The notes under the pieces are model-generated. The model did no database searches. It was not told the origin of the DNA and saw only the letters and a program-made list of their open reading frames with translations. From Scenedesmus sp. PABB004 (lineage: Eukaryota): a stretch of DNA of 64,000 nt. Numbering within the stretch: position 1 is the stretch's first letter; each line of letters opens with the position of its first letter. Location of the stretch: positions 248,001-312,000 of the forward strand of contig JABVCE010000014.1 in the NCBI GenBank assembly GCA_014905635.1, written 5' to 3'. The translations under genes and the position numbers were made by a program. Shown here piece by piece: positions 33,813 through 45,692 of this stretch.

Positions 33813-36800
33813 ATGCAGCGCGGCACGGGGCCGCACGATGTGGGCGGCCTGGAGCTGGGTGCGGCCGCCCGCAGCAGCAGCGGCGCGGTGCCACGCGCGC
33901 GCTCATCAGCCGCCGCCGCACCGCGCGCAGGACCGGTCGACAAGCGCGACCGCCCCTGGATGCACTGGGAGCGGGAGGTCAACGCCATCGTCTGGTGCGC
34001 CGCCGCCGGGGCGCGCGCGACCCGCCGCTGCGCGCCGGCTGCGCACGCACCGCCGCACGCGCCGCCGCTGCACACCGCCGCTGCACGCCCCACACGCCGG
34101 CCGCGCCGCAGGCTGCTGGTTCAGAAGGGCCTCATGTCGCTGGACGAGCTGCGCCGCGGCACCGAGGCGCTGCCCGGCCACGCGGCGCTGATCTACTACG
34201 AGAAGTGGGCCGCCGCGGCGGCGGCGATCGCGGTCGAGCGCGGCACGATCACGGCGGCGGAGCTGGAGGGCCGCCTTGGGCAGGACCCCGCGACGCTCGA
34301 CGCCCGCGTGCGGTGCGCGCGTGTGCGCGCGCGTGTGCGGGGCGGCAGGGCGCGGCGCACGGCGCACGGCGCGGGGCGGCGGCGCAGGGCGCATGCAGCG
34401 CGCGGCACATGGCGCGGCGCGCGCGGCCTCTGCCGCCGGCAGCGCCGCCGAGCAGGCTGGCGCGCCGCCGCAGGTTTTCGGCGGGGGACTACGTGCGCGT
34501 GAGGCCCGAGGACGCGGCGGTGCGCTGGCGCCGGCCCCACCTTCGCACGCCCGGCTACGTCTTTGGCCTGGTCGGCCAGGTCGAGCGCCCCTGCCTCGGC
34601 GCGTTTGGGGACCCTGAGCTCAAGGCCTTCCGGGAGGACGGCCCGCGCCAGCCGCTGTACCGGTGCGGCGGCGGCGCCGGGGGCGGCGCGGGCCCAGATT
34701 GCAGCGGCGCGGCCGCGCGGCTTTTTCTTACAGCTCCGCTGCGCCTCACGCCGCCCCTTTTCGCCTCCGCCGCAGCGTACGCTTCCACCAGGGCGACGTG
34801 TGGGAGCTCTACGAGGGTGCGGCGCCGCGCGCGCGCTGCGAGGCGGGGGTTGGGGGTTCAAGGTTGAGGGTTAAGGGTTGTAGGAACGGGCTGGCGCCCC
34901 ACCGCACCCCGCCCCGCCCCGCCGGTCGGGGGCGGTGCAGGCGGGCCCGAGGACACGCTGGAGCTGGAGATCTATCAGCCCTGGCTGCAGCCGGCGACCG
35001 CAGAGGAGCTGGACGCGCAGCGCGGCGCCGCGGCGGCCGCGCGCGCGGCGCTGCGCGCCGGGGCGGCCGCGCACGGCCACGGCCACGAGCACCACGAGCA
35101 CCACGAGCACCACGAGCACCACGAGCACCACGAGCACCACGAGCACCACACACACGCCGCGCGCCACGGCCACGACGGCTTCGGGCACCGCGACGGCGCG
35201 CACCGCGGCGAGGCGGGCGTGCCGCGCGCGCACGTCGCGGGGGTCCACCTCCACTTGCCGCGGCGCGTGCCGGCCGCGCGGCAGCACCACGAGCAGCACG
35301 GCAGCGACGGCGGGCACCACAGCCACGGTGAGCACAGCGACGGCGGCCACCACGGCAGCCACCACAGCCACGGCGAGCACAGCCACGGCGACAGCCACCA
35401 CAGCCACGGCGAGCACAGCCACGGCGACAGCCACCACAGCCACGGCGCGCACAGCCACGGCGACGGCGACCACCATGTCCATGAGGCGCGCAGCAAGGTG
35501 ACGCCGGTCACGCACAGCGTGTTGCGGCCGCCACGTCGGCCACCCCCGCCCTGCAGGGCGGCCGCGCCGGCCGGGCGTGCGCCGCGCCGAGCCGCCGCGC
35601 GCCCCGCGCGCCGCGCAGGTGGAGGCGGACGCGGTGGCGCTGGAGGGCGAGGACGACGACGCCGCGGCGCCGCAGCGCCGCGTGGCCGAGGCGCTGAAGG
35701 CGCTGCTGCTGGCCAAGGGGGTGATCACCCGCGAGGTGGGGCGGCGACGGGGCGGCGGCGGCGTCGTCGTCGGCGGCGGCGGCGGCGATGGCGGCGGCGG
35801 CGGGGCTGCATGACCGGGGCCCACCACCGCTCAGCCTCGGCCGCCGTCGGCGCCGTCGCCGCCGCCGCAGGAGGTGCGGGCGGAGCTGGAGGCCATGGAC
35901 GCGCGCGGCGCGCGCGGCGAGGGCGCCCGCCTCGTCGCGCGGGCGTGGGTCGACCCCGCGTTCAAGGCCCGCCTCCTGCAGGCGCGGCGCTGGGGGGGGG
36001 GGGGGGCAGGCGGGCGGGCGGGCGCGGCGTCGGCCTGCGCAGCCCCGGGGGCGGCGCGGCACCGGGCCACATGGGCGAGAGGCCGAGCGCTGCGCCGCGC
36101 GTGGCGCCCGCCCGCCGCGCAGGACACGGCGGCGGCGGCGGCGGAGCTCGGCATCAGCACCTCCAACCTGGCGCCCAAGCCCGGCGCGCCGCTGCCACCG
36201 GCGCCGCCGGCGCCGGCGCCGGGCGAGGCGGCGCCGCGCAGCGGCACGGTGCTCACCGCCGTCGCCAACGAGTCGGGCGTCGTGCACAACCTGGTCGTGT
36301 GCACGCTGTGCAGGTGCGCGGCTGGCTGCTGGAGGGAGGCGTGCGCGGCTCCGCGGCCGCCAGGCGGGGGGCCCGCGCGCCCGACCGGCGGCGCGGCTGC
36401 GGCCGCCGCGGCCCCGACGACCCCGACGCGCGCGCACGCGCACGCGCCTGCCCGCCGGCCGGCGCCGCAGCTGCTACCCGATCTCCGTCCTGGGCATGTC
36501 TCCGCACTGGTACCGGAGCCGGGCCTACCGCGCGCGCGCCGTGCGGGACCCGCGGGGCTTGCTGGCCGAGTTCGGGCTGGTGTTGCCCCCCGGCACCGCG
36601 GTCCGCGTGCACGACTCGACCGCCGACCTGCGGTGCGGCGCCGCGGGGCCGCCGCCACGCGCGCGGCTCGGGGCCGCGCGGCGGCGGCAGCGGGGCGAGC
36701 GCGCCCGTCCGCGCTGGCCCTGCGCGGTGCGCGGGCGCGCAGCTCAGCTCAGCTCAGCTCAGCTCGGCTGAGTCCGGCGCGCCCGCCGCCGCGCCGCGCC

Positions 36801-37019
36801 CGCCGCCTCCCCAGCTTCATTGTAATCCCTGCGCGGCCGGACGGCACCGAGGGCTGGAGCGAGGAGGCGCTCGCGCGGCTGGTCACGCGCGACAGCATGA
36901 TCGGCGTCGCCCTGGCGCTCACGCCGGAGCAGCTCGCGCGGCGCGACGGCGCGGCGGGCGGCGCGGCCGCGGCGGCGGGCGGCGCAGGGGCAGCGGAGGC
37001 GGGCGCGGCGCGCGCGTGA
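33813..37019 (+). CDS. nthB/nthA: Fused beta-alpha cobalt-type nitrile hydratase with His-rich linker
   Basis: Beta part: [49 protein letters not shown]. Alpha part: [87 protein letters not shown]. Confidence 0.95.
35072..35497 (+). repeat. Coding His-rich tandem repeats: (GAGCACCAC)x7 and HSHG units
   Basis: Encodes (EHH)7 and repeated [10 protein letters not shown]. Confidence 0.9.
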
Positions 37020-38290
37020 GCGCGAGCGTGAGCGCAGCGCGGGCGGGGCGGTCGCGGCCGTTACGGTCTGCCGTCCTGGGTGAGGGTCGTGTCCTGGGTA
37101 AAGGCAGTGCAGTGCAGGGTCCCGCGGCGTGCACGCCGCCCAAAGTTCCAACTTGCAGCTCAGCCCACGCAGCGCAGCGCTGCCGTTCGTGCAAAACCGC
37201 CGGTGTTGAGTGAAGTTGAAGCTCTCCTGCACAGGCTGACAGCAAAAACAACGTTGGACAGGTTCCTCCAACTGTGAACCGCCCGGCGAGACCGGCGCCT
37301 GCCACGGGCAAGCGCTCAGAGGCCGTGCCCGCGGCGACGCCGCAGCCAGGGTGTGCGAGCCGCCGGCACCGCTGGCAGGCCAGGGGCCAGGGCAGGCCAG
37401 GGGCGTTGTGTGATCATGCGCGCGCGAGAGAACCAGCAAAGTGCTACGATTAGAACAAGTAACAACACGGCTGCGGCGACAAGCTTTGTGGTCGTCCGAC
37501 CCGGCGCAGCACGGTCGTGCGAAGGTGCTAGTGCGTGGTGCCGGCAGCGCCGCGCACCACGCGCGGGAGACTGCGCAGTCTCCCGTCGACGGCAGCCAAC
37601 GGTCGGGCGCAAGGTGCGCCCCCCGGGCCGCAAGACGCGGGCCCCGCTCCAGCGCCGGCCGGCTCTGCAAGGGGTGAGTGTGTGTGTATGGAGAGAGGGG
37701 GGTGCTTGACTGCCTGTGGCAGGCCAATGACTCCCGCGCGGGGCGGCGGCGGTCGCCAGGGAGCCGGAACGCCAGCCGCCCGCGCTGGCGGGTGAGGCGG
37801 GTGGGTGAGGGCGCCGCGGGCGGCGGCCCCGGGGCAGAGCTCGCGCGCGTCGGGAGCATCTGCGTTCGCCTCGTCGCAGCGACGCGGCACACTCCCCTGG
37901 CCCCAGGGGTGCAGCGTGCACACGCCGCACTCGCAATGGGCGTGGCGTCACCGCCGCGGCCTGCCGCGGGGGCACGCAATTGGTGGCCCGCGCGGCGCAA
38001 GCAAAGGCAGCTGATGCAGGTCAGGCAATGAGTGCGGGGCACACACGTGAAGTCGAGCACCACAGCTATGGCCCAGCGGGGCGCGAGGCGCGCGGCGGCT
38101 GGGCGCAATCGGCGCCGTGCCGCCGCGGCGCGCGCGCGCGCGCCCGTGCCCGCGCGGCGCGCAGTCCCGGCGCGCCCTCCCTCCCTCCCTCCCTCCCTCC
38201 CCCGGCTCGCCACCCACCCCCCGGCCCGGCGTTGACGCAGGCGCCTCCCCGCCCAGGGGTTAGGAGCCCCACCCAGGTCGGCGGGTTCCA

Positions 38291-38363
38291 AAAACCCGTC
38301 CCTGGTCTGGGACGGTTTCAAAACCCGTCCCAGGGTCTGGGACGGGTTTAAAACCCGTCCCAG
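38291..38363. repeat. Tandem ~30-bp palindromic units AAACCCGTCCCAG-ggt-CTGGGACGGGTTT
   Basis: About 2.5 units; overlaps the subtilisin stop codon. Confidence 0.85.
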
Positions 38364-41300
38364 AGCAGGTAGCCCACGTACTTGCCGTTGAGCGTGCCGA
38401 CCGCATCGCCGCTGAAGCCATACCCGGGCTGCGCCTCGCGCTTGCCCTTGGCCGCGCCGAAGAGGAGCTGCATCTTGTCGTACCCGGTCGCGCCCGCGCA
38501 GCGCCCGCTCATGATGCAGCTCGCGGCGACGGCCGACACGTGCGGCGCGGCCATGCTGCGGGCGGCGGGCGCGGTCTCGTGCGCGTGGGCGCGCGCCGCG
38601 TCCGCGTCCGCCGCGGCAGCCCCGCGCGCAGACTCACACACCCACACCCCCGCACGCGCGCCGACCTGGTGCCGCTGAGCTCCTTGTAGCCGCTGCTGTC
38701 CTTGTCGAGGCTCATGGTGCTGAAGATCGCCGTCCCAGGGGCGGCCAGCACAAAGTGGTGCTCGTCGACGTCGTCGTCGGGGAGCCAGTTGGTGTAGGAC
38801 GCGGCGGCGGAGCCCTCCGCGTCAACCGCGGTCACCGCGGCGATGCCGGGGCAGCTCGCGGGGAGGTAGTAGTGGAGGTCGCTGCCGTAGTTGCCCGCCG
38901 CGACGACGACGCCGATGCCTGCGGGGAGGGGGGGGGTGCGCGCAGGTTTGGTGGCGCAGACGCAGACGGGGCGCGGGCGTGGGAGAGCGCGCGCGCTTTT
39001 GTGTGTTGGGGGGGGGGGCGGAGCGGGGCGGGCGGGCGGGAGCGTCGCAGCCACAGCGGCGGCGCACCCGCGTCGCTGGCCTCCTTGAAGACGCTGCAGA
39101 TGTATGCGGCGGTGGCGTCGTAGTCCTCGCTGGTGGGGTCCAGGTAGGCGGCGAGGCTGCAGCGCGGGGCGAGGAGGGGGAGGGGCAGCGGGGCGGCGCG
39201 CGGCGTCGGCGGGAGGAGCCGGCGGGCGCGCGCGGCGAGCGCGGCGGGGCGCGGGGCGGGAAGGCCAGCTCAACGCAACGCCGGCGCGCCGCCGCACCTG
39301 AGGTTGATGACCTGAATGCCGAGCTTGACGCCCTCGGTCGCGGCCCACTGCACCGCCGCGAGCACCGACGACAGGGTGCCGCGGCCGTCGCCGTCCTGCA
39401 CGCGCGCGCGCGCGCGGCGCGGCGCGTGGGCGTCAGCGGCGCGGCGCCGGCGCGCCGCAGGGGGGCCGGCAGCTGCCAGCGCGGGCCGTCACACGGCAAG
39501 CCCTAAACCCTCAACCCTTGCGCCCGCCGCGCACCAGGACTTTGAGAGAGTAAAGCCCGATGCCGGGCGCGACGCCGACGGTGCCCACGCCGTTGTTGAG
39601 CGCGCCGACGATGCCTGCGGCGGGCGGCGGGCGGGCGGTGTTTGGCGCGGGGGCGGCCCGGCGGCGGCAGCGACTAAACAGCGGCGGCGGCGGCCGCGCA
39701 CCCGCGACGTGGGTGCCGTGGCCGTAGTGGTCCGTGCCGGCTTCAACGGTGTCGCCCGGGTGGCTCGGGCTCGGTGTGGTAATCCAGGTCGTGCCGCCGA
39801 CTGCGCGGCGGCGCGGTGGCAGCGTCGGCGGCAGCGCGTCGGGCGGGGCCCGGCCGGCGCGCGCGCGGGCGGGGGAATGGCCGGCGGCGCCGCGCCGCCG
39901 CGGGGGGCGCGCCCCGCGGCGCACCGTAGTTGAGGTCGGGGTGGCGGCTGTCGATGCCGCTGTCCACAATGCCCACGACCACCTGCTGCGGCAGCGTGCC
40001 GAGGTCGACCACGTGCGGCACGCCGTCGGTCACGACCGAGGCCTCAATGCGGGGCATTCCGCTGGGCATGATCTGGCCGTCCTGCAGTGCGGCGGCGCAA
40101 CGGCGGCGCGAGGGGTGGGTGCACGCGCGGCGCGCAGAGCCGGCCCTCGCTCTCTCTTTTCTCTCTAGTGCGCACGCCCGAGCTGGCACAGGTGCCGCCG
40201 CACCTTGACGGGCGCGCGCGGCAGCGGCGGCGGGCCCTCCTGCACAGGGCAGGGGTCGCCGGCGCATATCTGGGCCTTCTGGTCGCCGCTGGCGTGGTCG
40301 CACGCGGCGCCGCCGTTGGCCGCGGGCTGCAGGATGGTGAACGTGGACAGCTGGTTGCCCGGCCCGCACGGCGTGGAGCACGGCGACCACTCGCCCCACG
40401 CGCCCTCGCAGTCCACCGGCGGCGGGGCGGCCACGCAGAGGCGCGAGCGCGTGCCCGCCGGCGCGAGCGCGGGCGGCGCGCCACAGCCGCCGAGCGCGTC
40501 GGCGAGCGCGCGCGGCGTCGCCGCGAGCGCGTCGCGCGTGAGCGTGCAGCCGCCCGGCGTGACGGCGCTCGCCCACTGCAGCAGGTCGTTGCCCGCGCCG
40601 CATGCTTTTCCCGACAAGCGCAGCTTCGTCGCGCTCTCGGCCTTGCACTTGACCGGCGCAGTCAACGTGAGCTCTGCCGCCACCGGCGCGGTGAGCGCGG
40701 CGACCTCGGTGCAGCCGTCGTCGGCGACGCCGACCGGCAGGTCGCGCGCGAGCGTCGGCGCGACGCCGCAGCCGCCGAGCCACTGCACGTTCTGGGGGTC
40801 GCTCGGGGTCTTTTTCCGGAGCTTGGAGCACTCTGCCTTGCCCTTGAGCTTTGCGACGGTGCCGTTGGACTTGAAGACCGCGACCACGGCGGTGTAGTAT
40901 GTCTTGGTCGCGTCCTCGGGGCAGCGCTGCCCGAGCCACTTGAGCGAGGTGTCCTTGGTGTTGCACCCCGCCCACGCGAGGGTCGCCCCCGCCGCGCTCG
41001 TCACGCCCGCGCTGAGCGCCGCCGGCGACACCGGCCCCACCGCTGCGCGGGCGGCGGGCGGCGGGCGCGGGGCGGTGCGGGGGCGGGGCGGCGGGTGAGG
41101 GCGGGGCGAGGGGCGCGGCCGGCGCGAGGGGCACGGCCCAGCCGCCGCGGGCGGCGCGCGCGGCGCCGCCGAACGCACCCTGCGCCGCCGCGCGCGGCCG
41201 CCGGGGCCGGCGGCGCGGGACGACCAGCGAGCCGCGCGGGACGACCAGCGAGTCGCGCGCGAGCGCGGGCCCCGCGACGCGGTCCTGCAGCACCGAGCGC

Positions 41301-42144
41301 ACGCCGTCCGCGCCGCGCATGGCTTGCACCACGTCGCGCTCGAGCTGCTTGTGGTGCAGCTCCACCACCACGCCCCGCACGCCGCGCCGCGCGCGCCAGC
41401 GGCAGGCGTCGTCCTCGGCCGCGGCCGCCGCGGCGCCGCGCGCGCCCGGCTCGCCGCCGGCGCCGCCCGACAGCGCCGTCGCGGCGGCGGCCGTGAGCCG
41501 CGCCGCGCGCTCCTCCGCGGCGGCGGGCTGCTGGTCCGCGCCGATGGCGCGCGCGACCGTGAACAGCGGGCGCGCGGCCGGCTGCTCGGACGCGAGGCCC
41601 GCGGCGCCGCGCATGCTCCCCAGCGGCGGCGCCTCCGCCGGCATCACGGCCGCCAGGCGCGGCGCGACGGTCGCGGCGACGTGCCGCGCCAGGCTGCGCG
41701 GCGCGCGGCGCGCGGCGGTGAGCAGCCGGGCGCGGCGCGCCCGCGCGCACAACGAGCCCGGCTGCGGCCGCGGCCGTCTCACCGGGCCGTCGCGATCTCG
41801 TCGTCGTCGCAGGCGTCCTCGCCGAAGAGCACGACGAAGCGCCCCGCCACGCGCGAGTGCAGCACCAGGTCGGGGTCGCCCGCGGGCTCGCGCGCGGCGG
41901 TCTCACGCGGCTGGGGGGACCGCGGCGCCTCTCCAAGCGGGCGCACGAGCAGGGCGTCCAGCCCTGCGCGCCGGGAGGGCGGCGGGAGCAGTGAGATGGC
42001 GCCGCGCCGGCGCGGCGCGCTGCCGCGGCACGCACCCGCCGGTTCCGCGGCGGCCGAACGGTCATCATCTGCACTCTGGCACGCCGCCAGCCGGGCGGCG
42101 AGCAGCAGCAGCAACGGGATGAAGCAGGCTTGTCTACGCGCCAT
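38348..42144 (-). CDS. Secreted subtilisin (S8) protease with a Cys-rich/TSP1 insert
   Basis: Signal peptide; I9-like prodomain; TSP1 DCEGAWGEWSPCSTPCGPG; triad VGIVDSGID, HGTHVAG, GT|SMAAPHV; oxyanion motif AAGN. Confidence 0.9.
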
Positions 42145-42530
42145 GGCGCATCGTAAGCTGAATTCGTGTCCTGATTGGGGTACGCGAGCTCAAATCAGTG
42201 AGCAATGCCGGCGCTCGGGAGCGGGGGAGGCCCCTGCGCGTCAGGCTGAGTTAGGGGGTCCCGAGAACTTCTCCGCACGGCTCCGTTGCTTGTCTGCGCC
42301 ACCTGTCGCCCTGATGATACGTTGTTTGTGCCATAAGGCTTCCATTCGCCGAACGTACGGGCCGCGCGGCGACACCACCCCTGACTTCCTGTTCCGACAC
42401 CACGCCGAGCTCCCGCACACGCGCCGCACGGCGAGGCGAGGGCGGCGCAGTCGGTGCCGTCACACCCTAAGGAAGGCTCCCTGGCATGGGCGCCTTGCGG
42501 CGGCACCGAGCCGCGCCGGGGCGGGGCGCC

Positions 42531-44393
42531 ATGTCGCGCCTGTGCTTGGCACTGCTCCTCGCGGCCGCAGCAGTGGACGGCCGCTCGATAGGGGCAACTA
42601 GCAAGCCCAAGGGTGCGTGAAGACCGGCGGCAGAGCGGCAGAGCGGCCGCGCCGGCCGCACCAGCTGCGGCAGCGGCGGCAGCGGCGCGGCGGCCAGCTA
42701 ACGCGCGACCACGCTGAGCCCCCCCCCCACCCTCCCCTCGTCGCCCCTGCTGCCCCACCCGCAGCCAAGCGCGCCACGGGCGCGTGCGTCGCCGACAGCT
42801 ACGCGGCGCTCGCGGCGCTGTCGGCGAGCGCGTCTGCGCTCGCCGCCTGCGTGCCGGCGGGCGGCGGCGACGCGGCAATCACGCTCGCCTGCGACGCCGG
42901 CGCGGCGCCCGGCGAGGCGACGGTGTTTGCGCGGCGCGCGGGTGACCCCGCCTGGGTGGTCGGCGCCGCGTCCGGCGGCCCGGCGGGCGTCGCGGTGAGC
43001 AGCGCGTGCGGGCACGTGCTCCTGTTCGACCTCAACGCCAACCCGGCGCTCCCCGCGCTCGCCGTGCGTGGCGCGGACGCGGCGGGCGGGCTGCGGCGGT
43101 TCAACCTCACCGGCGTGCGGCTGCGCGTGCTGCGCCGCGCCGGGGACGCGCTCCCCGACTGCGCCGGCGCCGCGCGGCCGTGCCCCGCGCCGTCCGTGCT
43201 GCGCGCGACCGGGCTAGAGTCGCTGAGCCTGTCGCGCGTGAATGTCACCTCGCCCGGCTCGAGCGCGGGGCTGGCGCAGGGCCTCGAGCCCGACCAGCTG
43301 CCCTACACGGGCATTCGCGTCGACGGCGTGCGCGGCGTGAGCCTGACCAATGTGTCGGTCGTGTGGTGCGTCGACGGCGTCGCCATCACCGGCGGCGGCG
43401 CCGTCACCGCGACGCACCTGCGCGCGTCGCGCAACAGCGCCGCCGGCCTCTACTACGCCTGCGGCGCGGGCAGCGGCGGCGGCGGCGGCGGCGGCGCGGG
43501 GCCCAACAGCCTCGCGGTGCTGGGGCAGAGCGGCATGGTTGACAACGGCGCCGCGGGGCTGTGGGTCGACTGCGAGGGCAGCGCGGCGGGCGTGGACCTC
43601 GCCGTGCGGGACCACGCCGGCCTCGGCCGCAACCGCCAGGGCGCGGTGCTCCTGGGCCACGTGCACGCCAGCATCGGCCCGGGCGCGAGCTTCTGGCAGA
43701 ACGGAAACGGCAGCGACCCGGCCGCAAACATGACCGAGTGCGGCGCCGGAGGTGCGCCGCGCGCGCAGGGCCGCCGGCGCGCCGCCGGGCTGCGCTGCCC
43801 GCGCCCGCGCGCCGCCCGCCGCGCGCCGCCTACCGTCGCCGCCGCCGCCGCCGCCTCTCTGCCGCGCGCCGCCTCGCCTGCAGTGTACATGAACTTCCAG
43901 GAAGGCACACCCTCCTTCACGTTTGAGGACGCCGCGTTCTACAACAACACCGCAGGCACGCGCCGCCGCCGCCGCCGCAGCCGCGCGCACCGCCGCCGCG
44001 CCCCCGCGCCGCGCCCGTGCGCCGCGCCCACGCCGCCGCGCCCACGCCGCCGCGCCCACGCCGCCGCGCCTACGCCGCCGCGCGCGCGCGCGCGCCGCGC
44101 CCGCAGAGTACGGCGCGGCGCTGTGCCTGCAGATCCCGATCGACGGCGAGTCTGCCGTGCCCGCGGTCACAGCGCCGATCCAGCTGCTGGACAAGGTGCT
44201 CATCCACGCCAACTGGGCGCGCGGGTGCGGCGCGGCGCTCGCGACGGTCGCCAACCTGCACAAGGCGGCGCTCAAGGTCAACGTCACCGCCGGCGCGCGC
44301 GTGACCGAGGCCAACGCCGCCGGCGCGGCGCCGGGGTGGTGCCTGCTCTACTCCATGAACACAAAAGACCTCATGGAGGTTGCACTGCACTGA
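42531..44393 (+). CDS. Secreted right-handed beta-helix (pectin-lyase-like fold) protein, paralogue 1
   Basis: Signal peptide MSRLCLALLLAAAAVDG; LPYTGI..NVSVVWCVDGV..GLYYAC, repeating xxN motifs, NNTA-YGAALC, APGWCL. Confidence 0.75.
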
Positions 44394-45046
44394 GCGCGGC
44401 GCCGGCCGCTGCGGCAGCGCCGAGCGCGCACGCCGTGCTGGGCGAGCTGCGGTGCCTGCTGGTCGCCATGCCTTTTTTTCAAAACACCGGCCGGCCACAT
44501 CTGTTGCGCTTGATCACTGCAGCGGACGCTGCACAGAAGACTGCGCGCGCCCGCTGCAGGGCGCCGGCGGTGCCGTCTGGGCTGCCCCGCAGCTGAACGC
44601 GCCGGCCCGCGCCGTGCGGCGCGGCCGGCTGCCAGGGCGGAAGGTTTTTTCAGTCGGCTCGGCTGGCCCGCTGCGCGCCCCGCGCAGCGGGCGTGGCCAG
44701 CGCACGTGCGACTGCCGCCTGGTCGACCAGGCGACGTCGCGGCAGGCGGAAGGCCCAGGCTGGCTTGCACTGTGCTGGGAAATGAAGGGTGGGCTGAACC
44801 CACTGAGTTGGTGGTGGTGAGTCTGAAAGCTTGAGACTGACATCCGGCAAGCGAATTCGAACTGAGGGGGGGACTGGCACCATCGCACCTCTGCTTTCAG
44901 CCGCACCGCCACATATGCATGCCAGCCATGCTGGCGCCGGCCGCGCCAGCATCCGCACCCCACCCACGCGTCCATGCTCGGCACCCTTGGACACTTGACT
45001 GGCGCGCGATGGCCCTTGCTTGCCTGCGGCCGCCGCGGCCGCGCGC

Positions 45047-45692
45047 CCGCGCCTACCCGAGCCTCTCAGCGCGCCTGAGGTAACGTTGAATGACTAGGAA
45101 GGCCGCGAGCACAGGCGCCAGGCGCGGAGCGGGCGGCGCCCGCGCGCAGCGCTGGCGGCGGCGGCGGCGGCGCGGCGCAGCAGGCTGCGGTTCGTGCCAC
45201 CACGCAGCTGCAGCATCATAGTGTTCGCTCGTAGAGCCACGCTGCAGCAGGCACACGCGGCGGGCGTGGGAGGCAGGGCGTGTCGCGAGCCCGCCGACCT
45301 TCTCCTGCCGCCGTGCGCTCACCGCTCGCCCTGTCGCCGCTGTCAAGCGTCATTCACGCCACGCCACACTCACCGAGCACACGCCGCACGCGCACCGAGC
45401 CCGCACCTGACCACTCCCCACCGGCCGCTTCCGCGCAGCGACGCCTCAAGCCCGCACGGCACGCGACAGACAAGCAATCGGTTTCGGCATCGTTTAGCCA
45501 GGCAGCACCAGCACGCGCCCCGCCGCCCGCGCCGGGAGCAGTCCGCGAGCTTTGGCGAAGCCTGCACGCAGCAGGCCGCCGCACGCGCGATGCGGAGCTG
45601 GAAGGGAGCGCAGGGCCGGTGTCGAGACCCGTCGCCGCGAGCTGCAGCGCTGCTGGCCCTGCTGCTGCTGGCAGCGGCGGCCGCGCCGGGCA
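45047..45692 (+). repeat. ~645-bp direct repeat, copy 1 (upstream region plus signal peptide)
   Basis: Nearly identical to 48191-48836. Confidence 0.95.

Noticed and set aside
33813..37019. Bacterial contamination as the source of the nitrile hydratase
   Set aside because: Multiple spliceosomal introns, host-like composition and the eukaryote-type fusion.
37050..38260. Possible gene or transposon in the 1.2-kb lower-GC spacer
   Set aside because: No codon bias, domain motif or terminal repeats recognised; probably convergent 3' UTRs.
44780..44900. tRNA or SINE suggested by GTTCGAATTC on the minus strand
   Set aside because: No T-stem, cloverleaf or A box could be built.
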